Shown: piece after piece, positions 19,195 to 27,766 of the stretch
Position numbering within the stretch: the stretch's first letter is position 1
Layout: each line of letters opens with the position of its first letter
Source: a virus
Taxonomy: Duplodnaviria > Caudoviricetes
Strand: one strand, 5' to 3'
Virus record (IMG/VR): IMGVR_UViG_3300028601_000022
Span: 64,001 to 128,000 of that record
DNA: 64,000 nucleotides
Notes under the pieces: model-generated
What the model was told of the DNA's origin: nothing
What the model saw: only the letters and a program-made list of their open reading frames with translations
Database searches by the model: none
Translations under genes and position numbers: made by a program

Positions 19195-20697
19195 CTACAG
19201 GGAGGTATCGGTAACGTCAATGTAAAAGAACCGACCACCCTGAACAAAGATAAGATGAATAGGAGTACCAGCAACGAACCTGCAAGCCTCGTCCAGCGTT
19301 TCGCATATGGGCTCTCCTCTACCATTCAGGCTTGTGTTAAGCAAGATAGGCAGATTGTAGTTCTCCATAAAGTGGTACAGTGTGGCATTCTCAGGAACGT
19401 CAAACAGAACCTGAGGTCTGGATGTTCCGTCTTGTGCCACTATAGACGGGTACTTGCGCTGATACCACGGTCGCACGTCCTCAGTAGCAAGCATGTAACG
19501 ATGCAGGTTATGGGGTTCATCCACTGCAAAGACCTTCGGGAAGAAGGTATCAAGAATGACAGGAGCAAACGGACGCCAGGACTCGCGTTCCTTGAGGCCA
19601 TTAACGTATTGTGCCATCCACGGGAAAGACGGATTGGCAAGAAGGCTTCTATGGCCCAGTGCGCGTGGGCCGTATTCACTGCCTCCCTCAAACCAAGCAA
19701 CCACATCACCGTGATTCAGCCATTCTGCAATGATTGGAGCTTCAATTTCTACATACTCATGGTTAGTTGGGAGGCTATACTTGCGGGAGTTGTAAGTAAG
19801 CGTACCGTTGACCTCGAGACCCTCTTCAAGGTGCGCTCTGCCAAGCATAAGGCCGGCATCAGTGCAAAGGGGAGGAACATAGAAGTTCTTCCACATTCCA
19901 AGCCGTGCTATCTTGCCGTTAAGGGTGCAGTTAAGGCCACACCCGCCTGTGATTATGAGGTTCTTGCTGGGCAGCTGCTTCATAAACTGAAGGAGGCTAA
20001 AAACGCTCCTCTCAAAGATGTGCTGCGTGTAACCGGCAACCCGGGTATAGTCGAACGTAAGTGTATCCGTTTGGGGCAGACCGAACTTCCGTTGGAAGAT
20101 ATCCTGTAGACCTGCAACAGGTTCAACCGTACTGCTAAGGTTGCCAGTGTTAGGGCTTACTGTAATGATGCCTTCCTTGTCTGCCCGAAAGTCCTCGTTG
20201 CAGTAGGTAGCAAGACCCATAACCTTACCGGCATGGCAAGTGCCTTCAAATGGGCTATTAGCACTCAACCCGCAGTGCTTTGCGGCAATGGAGAACATGC
20301 GACCAAGGGAGTATTCAGCAGAATAGCGGCGAACGGTATCGAACTTGGTTCCATTCGCCGTAAAGATACCGATAGCGTATTCGTTGTTTTCGTCGCACCC
20401 GTCAATAACAAGGATTGAGGCATCTTCAAATCCAGATTGAATGAAGGCACTCACTGCATGATACAGGTGGTGATTGTCACCATCACCGCAGTCTTTTGCA
20501 GGAGTGCCATCACTATCGGAATGATACGGGGTAGTTGTTTCAAGGTCGAGCTTGGAGGCAATATCTGCGCACCAAGCCCGTGCCTTACCGTGGTCTTGCT
20601 TGTCTTTCTTCCTCGTCAATCGTTCCTCCTCTATCATTGCAAGGAGTACGCCAGAATCAACGAGGCAGGATGCCATGCTAGAGGAGTATATGTTCAC
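19195..20697 (-). CDS. carbamoyltransferase, NodU/CmcH/TobZ family
   Basis: EEERLTRKK, HHLYHA, AGKVMGLA, GGCGLN, EYGPRALGHRS, RPFAP, LLNTSLN.RGEPI; GTG start after GGAGG. Confidence 0.92.
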   Translation of the reverse strand: MNIYSSSMASCLVDSGVLLAMIEEERLTRKKDKQDHGKARAWCADIASKLDLETTTPYHSDSDGTPAKDCGDGDNHHLYHAVSAFIQSGFEDASILVIDGCDENNEYAIGIFTANGTKFDTVRRYSAEYSLGRMFSIAAKHCGLSANSPFEGTCHAGKVMGLATYCNEDFRADKEGIITVSPNTGNLSSTVEPVAGLQDIFQRKFGLPQTDTLTFDYTRVAGYTQHIFERSVFSLLQFMKQLPSKNLIITGGCGLNCTLNGKIARLGMWKNFYVPPLCTDAGLMLGRAHLEEGLEVNGTLTYNSRKYSLPTNHEYVEIEAPIIAEWLNHGDVVAWFEGGSEYGPRALGHRSLLANPSFPWMAQYVNGLKERESWRPFAPVILDTFFPKVFAVDEPHNLHRYMLATEDVRPWYQRKYPSIVAQDGTSRPQVLFDVPENATLYHFMENYNLPILLNTSLNGRGEPICETLDEACRFVAGTPIHLIFVQGGRFFYIDVTDTSL

Positions 20698-20699
20698 GA

Positions 20700-21635
20700 T
20701 TATTTTCCTCCGAAGCTTGTCATGCAAAGAATGTCGCACAGCATGCACTTAGGGCTGTCAGAGTAGCACCTGTACAGTTCCGAGTGCCCGCAGTCCATAA
20801 GGACTTCCTTACCGTCCGCAAGAACAGGCTTCTGGTCATTTGTGCCGTAGCGATTGTGAAGGCCACCGTACTTGTAGATGCCAGAGTGATAAGAGGAAGA
20901 AACCGTGTCCATGTATATCTTATGGTGAGTCTTCTCCAGATAGAGGAGGAAGTTGAGGAAGTCCCTGCGCTTGAAGAAAAAGTCGGTAAGCTGCTTTCCT
21001 GTATGAACCGGGTGAGGGTACAAGAATACCAGGGAGCAGCCGGGTATTTCTTCATCCAGGAAACGCTGAATGCTGAATTTGCCGCTGAATACCTGGTCAA
21101 TGACGTGCTGTGTAAGAATCATTTGCACACCCACGCCGTAGTTGTAACGGTCACGGAAGGCCAGGATATTCTTCAGCGCAAGCAAGCGCATTTCTTCCGT
21201 CTTGTACCTGTATTTCAGGTCGTAGGAGAAGTTCACGTCAAGGACTTTGGAGGTACATTCCTCAACGATGCGGTCGCAAACACGATAGAGAAACGAGGGC
21301 TCATACATGCCATTGGTGACAGTAGAGTAGCGGCAGCGCGGGTTCTTGGAAACCTTCAGCACCTTCTCTATGATGTCCTCTATGAGGAGCATGAACTCAT
21401 CCTCATAGATAGGGTTACGGTAGCCGTAAACCTCACCGCCCAGCAAAGATATACCGTGGGAGAACTTGCCAGCCCAGTCAACGTAGTTGAGGTTATCGCG
21501 TATGTTCCGCACGTGGGTGATTATTTGCTGCAAGGACCGGTCTTGCCGGTCCAAGCGCAAACAGAAGTCGCAATTGCCAGTGCAGTTGGGAAGGACACCA
21601 TACTGCACACAGTATCCGTCAGGGCCAGAACTCAT
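20700..21635 (-). CDS. radical SAM enzyme (paralog C)
   Basis: CTGNCDFC, LGGEV, VTNG, SYDLKYRY, CGH...YSDS..CMLCD. Confidence 0.87.
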   Translation of the reverse strand: MSSGPDGYCVQYGVLPNCTGNCDFCLRLDRQDRSLQQIITHVRNIRDNLNYVDWAGKFSHGISLLGGEVYGYRNPIYEDEFMLLIEDIIEKVLKVSKNPRCRYSTVTNGMYEPSFLYRVCDRIVEECTSKVLDVNFSYDLKYRYKTEEMRLLALKNILAFRDRYNYGVGVQMILTQHVIDQVFSGKFSIQRFLDEEIPGCSLVFLYPHPVHTGKQLTDFFFKRRDFLNFLLYLEKTHHKIYMDTVSSSYHSGIYKYGGLHNRYGTNDQKPVLADGKEVLMDCGHSELYRCYSDSPKCMLCDILCMTSFGGK

Positions 21636-22588
21636 AGCCGGGCTCCCCCTTCAGTATCCAGCATTTTGAGGATGTCGCATGCGTAGCATTCATCCGAATC
21701 GGCATAACTGCGGCAGTACACAAAGTGGCCGCAAGGAGCAAGCAGGTCAAGGTCGTGGCTAGTGTGGTTCTTTACATCACGCCACACCGTCATGTCCTGG
21801 ATTGGTCGGTACACGTTCGTAGCACGCCGCCCTGACTGGTCTGCAAAGCGACGCCACAGGGGGAAGTTGTTCTTCATAAGAAAGAAGCAGAAAGCCACGA
21901 ACGAAGACCGCTTCGGAAGGAAGTCTGCCGGAAGCATAAGGCTGTGCCTGTCGCCAATTGTACCGATAAGGTCAAGCAAGCGACCAGGGAATACCTTGAG
22001 CATGCGCACGATTCGCTTGTCGCCGCCCATGTAGGCGTCGATAAGGAACTGCGACAGGATGGTGGTACAGTGGACTTTGCAGCCTGTACGCTTTACCTTG
22101 CCCAGGTTAATCCACCATTCGCGCTCGTTGGCTTTCGTGAAGCGGTACTTTATGTCATAGCTTGTGCCGACCATAACACGGTCAATGAAGCCTGCCGCTT
22201 TGAACTTTTCCAGAGTAAACTGGAGCAACGAGTCTTCATACTTGAATTTGAGGCTCGTGATGGGATACAGCTTTTTGAGCTTATCCTCCTTCATAAGGAG
22301 AATAAGCTCATCCAGGAGCCTTTCATAGGTAGGGAGCCATTCCTGGTCGTAACCATTCATAATCTCCCCACCCTGAAAGGACACCTCGTCAAACTGGTTC
22401 CAGTCGATAGTGGGCAGGTGGCCCAGAATCTGCTCCAGAATGTCTTTCTTTTCAGCGGGTGAGCGGAACCGCTCAGGGTCGCAGGTATTGTCGCCATTAG
22501 CCGTATAGGCTAGGGAGCAGAATGCGCACCTGTTCTCTCTGCATTCATTCCAGAACTCAAACTGGATGATTTCCTTGTCCTTTTTCAT
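21632..22588 (-). CDS. radical SAM enzyme (paralog D, CX4CX2C variant)
   Basis: QFEFW.ECRENRCAFC, QGGEI, TSYDIKYRF, CGH...YADS..CYACD. Confidence 0.8.
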   Translation of the reverse strand: MKKDKEIIQFEFWNECRENRCAFCSLAYTANGDNTCDPERFRSPAEKKDILEQILGHLPTIDWNQFDEVSFQGGEIMNGYDQEWLPTYERLLDELILLMKEDKLKKLYPITSLKFKYEDSLLQFTLEKFKAAGFIDRVMVGTSYDIKYRFTKANEREWWINLGKVKRTGCKVHCTTILSQFLIDAYMGGDKRIVRMLKVFPGRLLDLIGTIGDRHSLMLPADFLPKRSSFVAFCFFLMKNNFPLWRRFADQSGRRATNVYRPIQDMTVWRDVKNHTSHDLDLLAPCGHFVYCRSYADSDECYACDILKMLDTEGGARL

Positions 22589-22600
22589 ATTCCCCTCGGT

Positions 22601-23281
22601 CTATGCTACAAGATTATACCAGGCGATGTAGGAGCAGGAGCTTGAAGAACTGGAAGAGCAGGAACTGGAAGAACTCGAGGAGCACGAGGAGCTGGACGAG
22701 CTGGACGAGCAAGACGAGCAAGTAACTGCCATCGCGCCCCAACTGACAGAGCAGGGGGCGGCTTTGTATGCGTCGATGCCGTCCTTCAAAGCAGCCAACA
22801 TGCCGGTAATGTCAGAAGCCTTGATGGGCTCAAGTTCCGACGGCTCCGTGATTGCAGGAAGGGGATTGTTCACAAAGCAGCGCGAAGTGAGGCCATTCGT
22901 GGGGTTTGTAACCACCACAAAGCGCACCGAAGTGTAGGTGGCCAGGCATGTAAGGAAGTGAATCAGACCCTTCAGAGTGATAAGGTTGTCCATCTTGGAC
23001 GCAAACCCGTTTTCATTGATGAAGGTGTTCCATGCCGCAGTGAATGCCGCTGTGGTAACGATGGGTGGGCGGCCAGAGAAGTTAATGTCCAACCTGGCAG
23101 CGGCAGCCTTCAACTGGCCAGTAACCGTAACGGTACGGCCAGTGAAGCTGGGGTCTGTGATATTGCCTTTGTAAACGTCAAGGTTGTCGATAGAGGTCTT
23201 GAGGGTTTCAAAAGCCTCATTAACAACCTGTCCAAACGTAATAACTGCACCGGGTAAAATAGCCATAAGCTCAATCTCCAT
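22601..23281 (-). CDS. protein with C-terminal Cys/poly-Ser repeat; candidate substrate of the radical SAM cluster (alternative start 23266)
   Basis: Ends CSSC-S8-C-S7-C-S7-CSYIAWYNLVA; immediately upstream of the enzymes. Confidence 0.7.
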   Translation of the reverse strand: MEIELMAILPGAVITFGQVVNEAFETLKTSIDNLDVYKGNITDPSFTGRTVTVTGQLKAAAARLDINFSGRPPIVTTAAFTAAWNTFINENGFASKMDNLITLKGLIHFLTCLATYTSVRFVVVTNPTNGLTSRCFVNNPLPAITEPSELEPIKASDITGMLAALKDGIDAYKAAPCSVSWGAMAVTCSSCSSSSSSSSCSSSSSSSCSSSSSSSCSYIAWYNLVA

Positions 23282-23346
23282 GTAGTAACGGGACTTCTCC
23301 TAGAAAGAAGCCCCGCACGTTTTGTTTTCAGAGGCCAAAGCCGTTT

Positions 23347-23868
23347 TTACAGCTTTTCGAGAAAGGCGCCGACCAGGGCATGGTTGCCGAGAATACGCGA
23401 AAGCACAGAGAAGCCTTCCTTGACCTTGTACAGGTTCGTCATGTCGATGCGGGACATATCGACCTTGCCCATGAGCGAGGACATGAGGGGCGCCGTGCCG
23501 AGAAGGAAGATGCCGTAGAACATGGTTGGAATGGAGACCTTGGAATCATCCTGCTCAATGGTGAGGGGAATGTCGCAGGAAGTAAGGATGGAAAGGTACC
23601 ACTTGACCAGTTCCAAGATAAATTCATGGAGTTCGGTCTGCAGGGCCGACTTCACGTCAATGAATTCGGAAATTTCATTGAAGTAACAGTTTTCCTGCTT
23701 GAAGAAATCCTCGTCAAAGACGTTGTAGGAGTTCACCAAGCGGTACACGTTGAGAATGTCCACTTCGTTGCAGTCATTGCCTTCGGCAAGATAGCCGTTG
23801 GTAAGGAGCTTGCGGAAAACCTCAATCTTCTGTTCCAAGGGAAGTGCTTTGATTTCCTGGGGTGTCAT
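23347..23868 (-). CDS. hypothetical helical protein, first gene of the cluster
   Basis: 173 aa, AGGAG RBS, strong C-ending codon preference. Confidence 0.7.
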   Translation of the reverse strand: MTPQEIKALPLEQKIEVFRKLLTNGYLAEGNDCNEVDILNVYRLVNSYNVFDEDFFKQENCYFNEISEFIDVKSALQTELHEFILELVKWYLSILTSCDIPLTIEQDDSKVSIPTMFYGIFLLGTAPLMSSLMGKVDMSRIDMTNLYKVKEGFSVLSRILGNHALVGAFLEKL

Positions 23869-23964
23869 TGTAACCGTCTCCTAAAGGTTTAGCCCAAATG
23901 CGGGCTTCGTTGAACAAATCTCATTTGAACGAAAACCTACCCGATACGCTATATTTAACGTATC

Positions 23965-25095
23965 CTAGATGCGCAGAGCAGGTACTCGGTGAAGAGGAAC
24001 GCCGGCAATTTGCATACCGTCCATGTATGGATATCTCCAGGAAGTGGAAGGCCAAGAGAGCCCAAGGTGGCCAACAGGGCGCATATTCTTGAGGATTTGA
24101 TTCTTTACAGCAACAAGCTGGTTATCCAAGCCGTCCTTGATTCTGCCCAATTCGCTTTCAATGAACTGGCTTCTGTCTGAGGACAGAGATACCGGTTGGC
24201 CCGAAAAGTCGAATGAGCTATCCCCTTCAGCAAGATACTGCGCCCTGAGGGCAGCCCACTTTGCAGCCTCAAGGAGCCAATACTGGCACCCTTTAAGCTG
24301 ATACATTGTTTGGTAGCTTTGGAGCGTCCAGTCAGTAGGAATCTTCAGGCCATTTATGTATTCCGCCCCCTGTTGGAGATAGAAGTACAGTTCTGAATCC
24401 CGGTAGCCTTGGTATATGTCAACAGCCTTGGCTACTTTATCCAGGTACATGCGCAAATCAGAGATTTTCTGCATATCCCACAGGGACGCGCAACGGATAA
24501 CCTGGGTAAATACACAGGTATTACCGCTATCCTTCATAACCCATACGGCCATGTAGTCCGAACCTGACACAAACGTACCCTCAGGTATTGTGGTACTGTA
24601 AATGTAATAGTCCGAATACAGGCCTTTCTGCTCCGGCACCGCAGAAAATACCTTGGTACCTGTGGAGTTAAACACCTGAAGCTCTACATCCATAACCCGT
24701 CGGGGCAGGGGTATTGAAAGCTCAATAGAGGTTAGGGCCAGAACCAGCTTTTGCTGTTCCCTTGCCTGTGTAAGGTCATAGGTTGGATGCACAACATCGA
24801 AGGTTTCCCGAAAAGCATGCTCCTTGCCGTTAGTAGCCAGGAAATCCCACGATATAGAGTAGTGGCCTACATCCGTGGAGAGCATTGCGGTTTCAGGTAT
24901 GGTGAATGTGGCATCATAGCCCATTGTTCGGTCGTTGAAAGAGCCAACTCCAGCAACCACCAAGTCGCCCATAGGGTCAAGGACCTGGTAGCTGGGATAC
25001 AGGGTTGGGTTGCTGGTTTCAAGCGGTGCATTGAACTTGTCGAGGAAGAAGGCAGATGCCGTAACTTCCTGTCCCAAATACACTGTTCTTTCCAT
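23965..25095 (-). CDS. putative head-tail adaptor/neck protein
   Basis: Beta-rich N-terminal domains plus helical C-terminal LRMYLD..DSEL...FDFSGQPVSLSSDR. Confidence 0.5.
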   Translation of the reverse strand: MERTVYLGQEVTASAFFLDKFNAPLETSNPTLYPSYQVLDPMGDLVVAGVGSFNDRTMGYDATFTIPETAMLSTDVGHYSISWDFLATNGKEHAFRETFDVVHPTYDLTQAREQQKLVLALTSIELSIPLPRRVMDVELQVFNSTGTKVFSAVPEQKGLYSDYYIYSTTIPEGTFVSGSDYMAVWVMKDSGNTCVFTQVIRCASLWDMQKISDLRMYLDKVAKAVDIYQGYRDSELYFYLQQGAEYINGLKIPTDWTLQSYQTMYQLKGCQYWLLEAAKWAALRAQYLAEGDSSFDFSGQPVSLSSDRSQFIESELGRIKDGLDNQLVAVKNQILKNMRPVGHLGLSWPSTSWRYPYMDGMQIAGVPLHRVPALRI

Positions 25096-25106
25096 ATAAA
25101 TACCGC

Positions 25107-25580
25107 CTAGCTAGCGTACTGCGAGTGGTTGTAAGACCAAGGGCCCCAAACTGTGCCGTTGAAGCAGCGGCTAAGCACTTGTGCTACGCCACCTATGTCG
25201 GTGTTGTGCATGCGGGCACTCTGCAACACCTGCAGGGAGTCGTCGAGCATTACCGTAGACACATCCAGCCACCAGTAGGCAGTAACGTCCTGCGGAGGGT
25301 TAACGGATACCCCCTGAATAGACTGCATCAGGAACTTGCCATCCATCTTCATTTCGTCCCAGTTCTCCTCTTCGTGAAGAACCGTGTGGGGAACGATGCA
25401 AGTATCAATAACCTGCCAGTGATTGGGAGAAAGGCCGGGTTCCCTAGGCCCGCCAAGCTGTGGGCCACTTGCAGCAATCCAGACGTATATCTTGTCCTTA
25501 TGCCGTTTGATTGTGGGAATGTAGTAGTTATTCCCTGAGTTCCAATCCAGGGCAACCTGATTGAAGATACCGGGCAACAT
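25107..25580 (-). CDS. tail-fibre-related protein with pyocin-knob-like C-terminus
   Basis: G..NPP...WWLDV...LQ...RCFNGTVWGPWS. Confidence 0.55.
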   Translation of the reverse strand: MLPGIFNQVALDWNSGNNYYIPTIKRHKDKIYVWIAASGPQLGGPREPGLSPNHWQVIDTCIVPHTVLHEEENWDEMKMDGKFLMQSIQGVSVNPPQDVTAYWWLDVSTVMLDDSLQVLQSARMHNTDIGGVAQVLSRCFNGTVWGPWSYNHSQYAS

Positions 25581-25599
25581 AAAGCCTCCTTAGTCGTGT

Positions 25600-26120
25600 T
25601 AGTAGTGTTCTTAATGGTCATTCAATGGTCATTCAATATGTCCTGTGTAATGCAGTGGACACCTAGTCCGATAGACAAATCTCTGCCTTACCGTATGCGC
25701 GTATCCAGATACTTAATCGTTGTATGCTTTATGCTTCTTACATAGTCTACCTGGTAACTACCTCGAAATACGTTTAAGCGAAGAAAAGAGCGAAAGAAGA
25801 GAGTTAGCTTTCGTAGCGTTATGAGTGAAACGAACTTGCGATAGCAATGTAAGTGATAACGGAGCGTGCGAACGAGCAAAGCATAGTATCACTTACTTAT
25901 TGCGTAAGCAGAGAGCTTCCGAGACGAACGGGAGAACATTCAAAAATCCAGAGAAAAAAGACCAGGAAACAAGGTGTAGATACATGGCGGATATTGCTGT
26001 GTTCTGCACCTTTTCCTCTACCTAAGGAATCTGTGTGGTAAATCCTCTATGTTAGGATTCTGTGTGGTACTAGACGTTCAATGCTATGCGAGAGAATACA
26101 TATTGTGTACCTGAATCCTT
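25600..26120. promoter_or_regulatory. divergent non-coding control region at the main strand switch
   Basis: About 500 bp with no convincing ORF; short direct repeats; CGTTTAA and CGTTCAA motifs. Confidence 0.5.
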
Positions 26121-26480
26121 ATGATGTACGGAGTAACCTATATGTCTGCTAAAGAACGCAGTATGTCTGCTAAAGAACGCAATGTTCCTAAGACAAGCAA
26201 AGAAGCCTGGGTAGCGGTTAAGCGGGCTGAGGAAGACCTTAGAAAGAAGACAAAGAAGGCTTTGAATCTGGAGAAGAAGGAAACGAAGGGTGGTAGGGCC
26301 TGGATAAACATAAGTGTTAGTACCGAACTGAAAGAAGCCCTTATTATGCTAAAGCAGCACTATAGTGCCAAGGCGGAGAAGAAAGGGAAGAAGTTCCTAT
26401 ATGATGACCTATTCCGTTGCTTAGTGAAGCAGAATCCTAAGACTAGGCGGGTTCTGGAAGAGCTAGGAATAGACCTTTAA
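26121..26480 (+). CDS. small basic protein, possible ribbon-helix-helix DNA-binding regulator
   Basis: Lys-rich; INISVSTELKEAL...YDDLFR.L strand-helix-helix pattern. Confidence 0.5.
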   Translation: MMYGVTYMSAKERSMSAKERNVPKTSKEAWVAVKRAEEDLRKKTKKALNLEKKETKGGRAWINISVSTELKEALIMLKQHYSAKAEKKGKKFLYDDLFRCLVKQNPKTRRVLEELGIDL

Positions 26481-26492
26481 AAGGAGAAGCTT

Positions 26493-26588
26493 ATGCTGAA
26501 TGGTATTTCTGTTAGCCCTGCGGATATGTACCCGGTAAACCTGGGCATTGAAATGGGTGAAAATACCTACACCGTAGACTTAAAATAA
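26493..26588 (+). CDS. 31 aa small ORF
   Basis: AAGGAG RBS; MLNGISVSPADMYPVNLGIEMGENTYTVDLK. Confidence 0.4.
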   Translation: MLNGISVSPADMYPVNLGIEMGENTYTVDLK

Positions 26589-26611
26589 GGGAGAACTAAC
26601 ATGGCCGGTTT

Positions 26612-27133
26612 TTGTACACACCGATTAACTCGCCTCTTTTGCACGTTCTGCGCAAGGCTATCCGCAGGGAAGATGTATCTCCTATTGTACCTGACTGGTG
26701 CAAGGAGGGAGTTGAATGGGATAGCCACTGCACCATGTACTACGGTCTTACCAATCCTAATGGTACCGACGTAACGAAGGAATCTCTTCCTGAGATTGTG
26801 GACTTCCTGCAGTGCTTTATTGCAGACAATGAAGAACTGGTGTTCGTGCCTAATAAGTGCGAAGTGTTTGAAAACCCCAACTGGGACTGCCTTGTGGTGA
26901 CAGCCGTAGCCGGTGGGCTGAATGCACTTCACGCCGCCTTCCAGAAACGCTTCAACTACAAGGGCAGCGAATATGAGTACAACCCTCATGTTACTCTTGG
27001 CTATGTTAAAAAGGGTTTAGGCAAGGGCTACGCCAACAAGTTCAACACCGGCTATGCAGGCCACAAGGCTATGCCAGTGAATAGCATTGTGATTGAATTT
27101 GAAGACGGTTTCAAGCACGAAATATATGTGTAA
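26612..27133 (+). CDS. 2H phosphoesterase (T4 57B/Acb1-like)
   Basis: Two HxT motifs: SHCTMYYG and YNPHVTLGY. Confidence 0.75.
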   Translation: MYTPINSPLLHVLRKAIRREDVSPIVPDWCKEGVEWDSHCTMYYGLTNPNGTDVTKESLPEIVDFLQCFIADNEELVFVPNKCEVFENPNWDCLVVTAVAGGLNALHAAFQKRFNYKGSEYEYNPHVTLGYVKKGLGKGYANKFNTGYAGHKAMPVNSIVIEFEDGFKHEIYV

Positions 27134-27766
27134 GTGACCTCGACCTCGAGGATGATTAACCATTTAATAAGGAAAATTACCGTGGCAAAGAAAGCCAAAG
27201 AAGCAGAAGACCTTCCTGGGCGTATAATCGCAGTTGACCCTGGTGTGGACAACCTGGGCTGGTGCATATTGACCTGCGAGGGGAAGTTAACTGACTGGGG
27301 CCTTGTTACAAAGACCCTGGATGACGTTAAAACTACTGCGGACATTGCCTCATTCCATGAAAACATGAAGCCGCTCGTGCAGATTCTTTCCGCCTCCCCT
27401 AACCAGGAGTTCATCATGGAACGATATATGCCTCGCGGTATGCGGCGTGGGAATCAGGTGGAACGTATCAATATCGTTATTGGCTATATAATGGCGGCTG
27501 TTCCTTACCTGTCTTTAACCATGGTGCCCGCAAGTAGCTGGAAGAACCACAGCGAAAAGCACTATACCTATGTGGACAACCCAACTGTTCCGCCCCACAT
27601 CGTTGACGCCTACACGATGGGTCTGTATTATGCCGAGCGTGTGCGAGGCTTCATTACACCCAAGGAAGTGAAGCGGCATCTGCGTTCCGTGCGTGAAAAC
27701 GAATGGGGTTGGAAAAAGAAGAAGAACGTCTGGACTCGCATTGACCCGAAGAAACGAGGTGCATAA
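27134..27766 (+). CDS. RuvC-like Holliday junction resolvase
   Basis: IIAVDPG..NLGW, internal E, P.SWK, H.VDA. Confidence 0.75.
   Translation: MTSTSRMINHLIRKITVAKKAKEAEDLPGRIIAVDPGVDNLGWCILTCEGKLTDWGLVTKTLDDVKTTADIASFHENMKPLVQILSASPNQEFIMERYMPRGMRRGNQVERINIVIGYIMAAVPYLSLTMVPASSWKNHSEKHYTYVDNPTVPPHIVDAYTMGLYYAERVRGFITPKEVKRHLRSVRENEWGWKKKKNVWTRIDPKKRGA

Noticed and set aside
17424-22462. Long plus-strand ORFs antisense to the radical SAM cluster
   Set aside because: Mirror ORFs produced by codon bias; the minus-strand proteins carry the recognisable motifs
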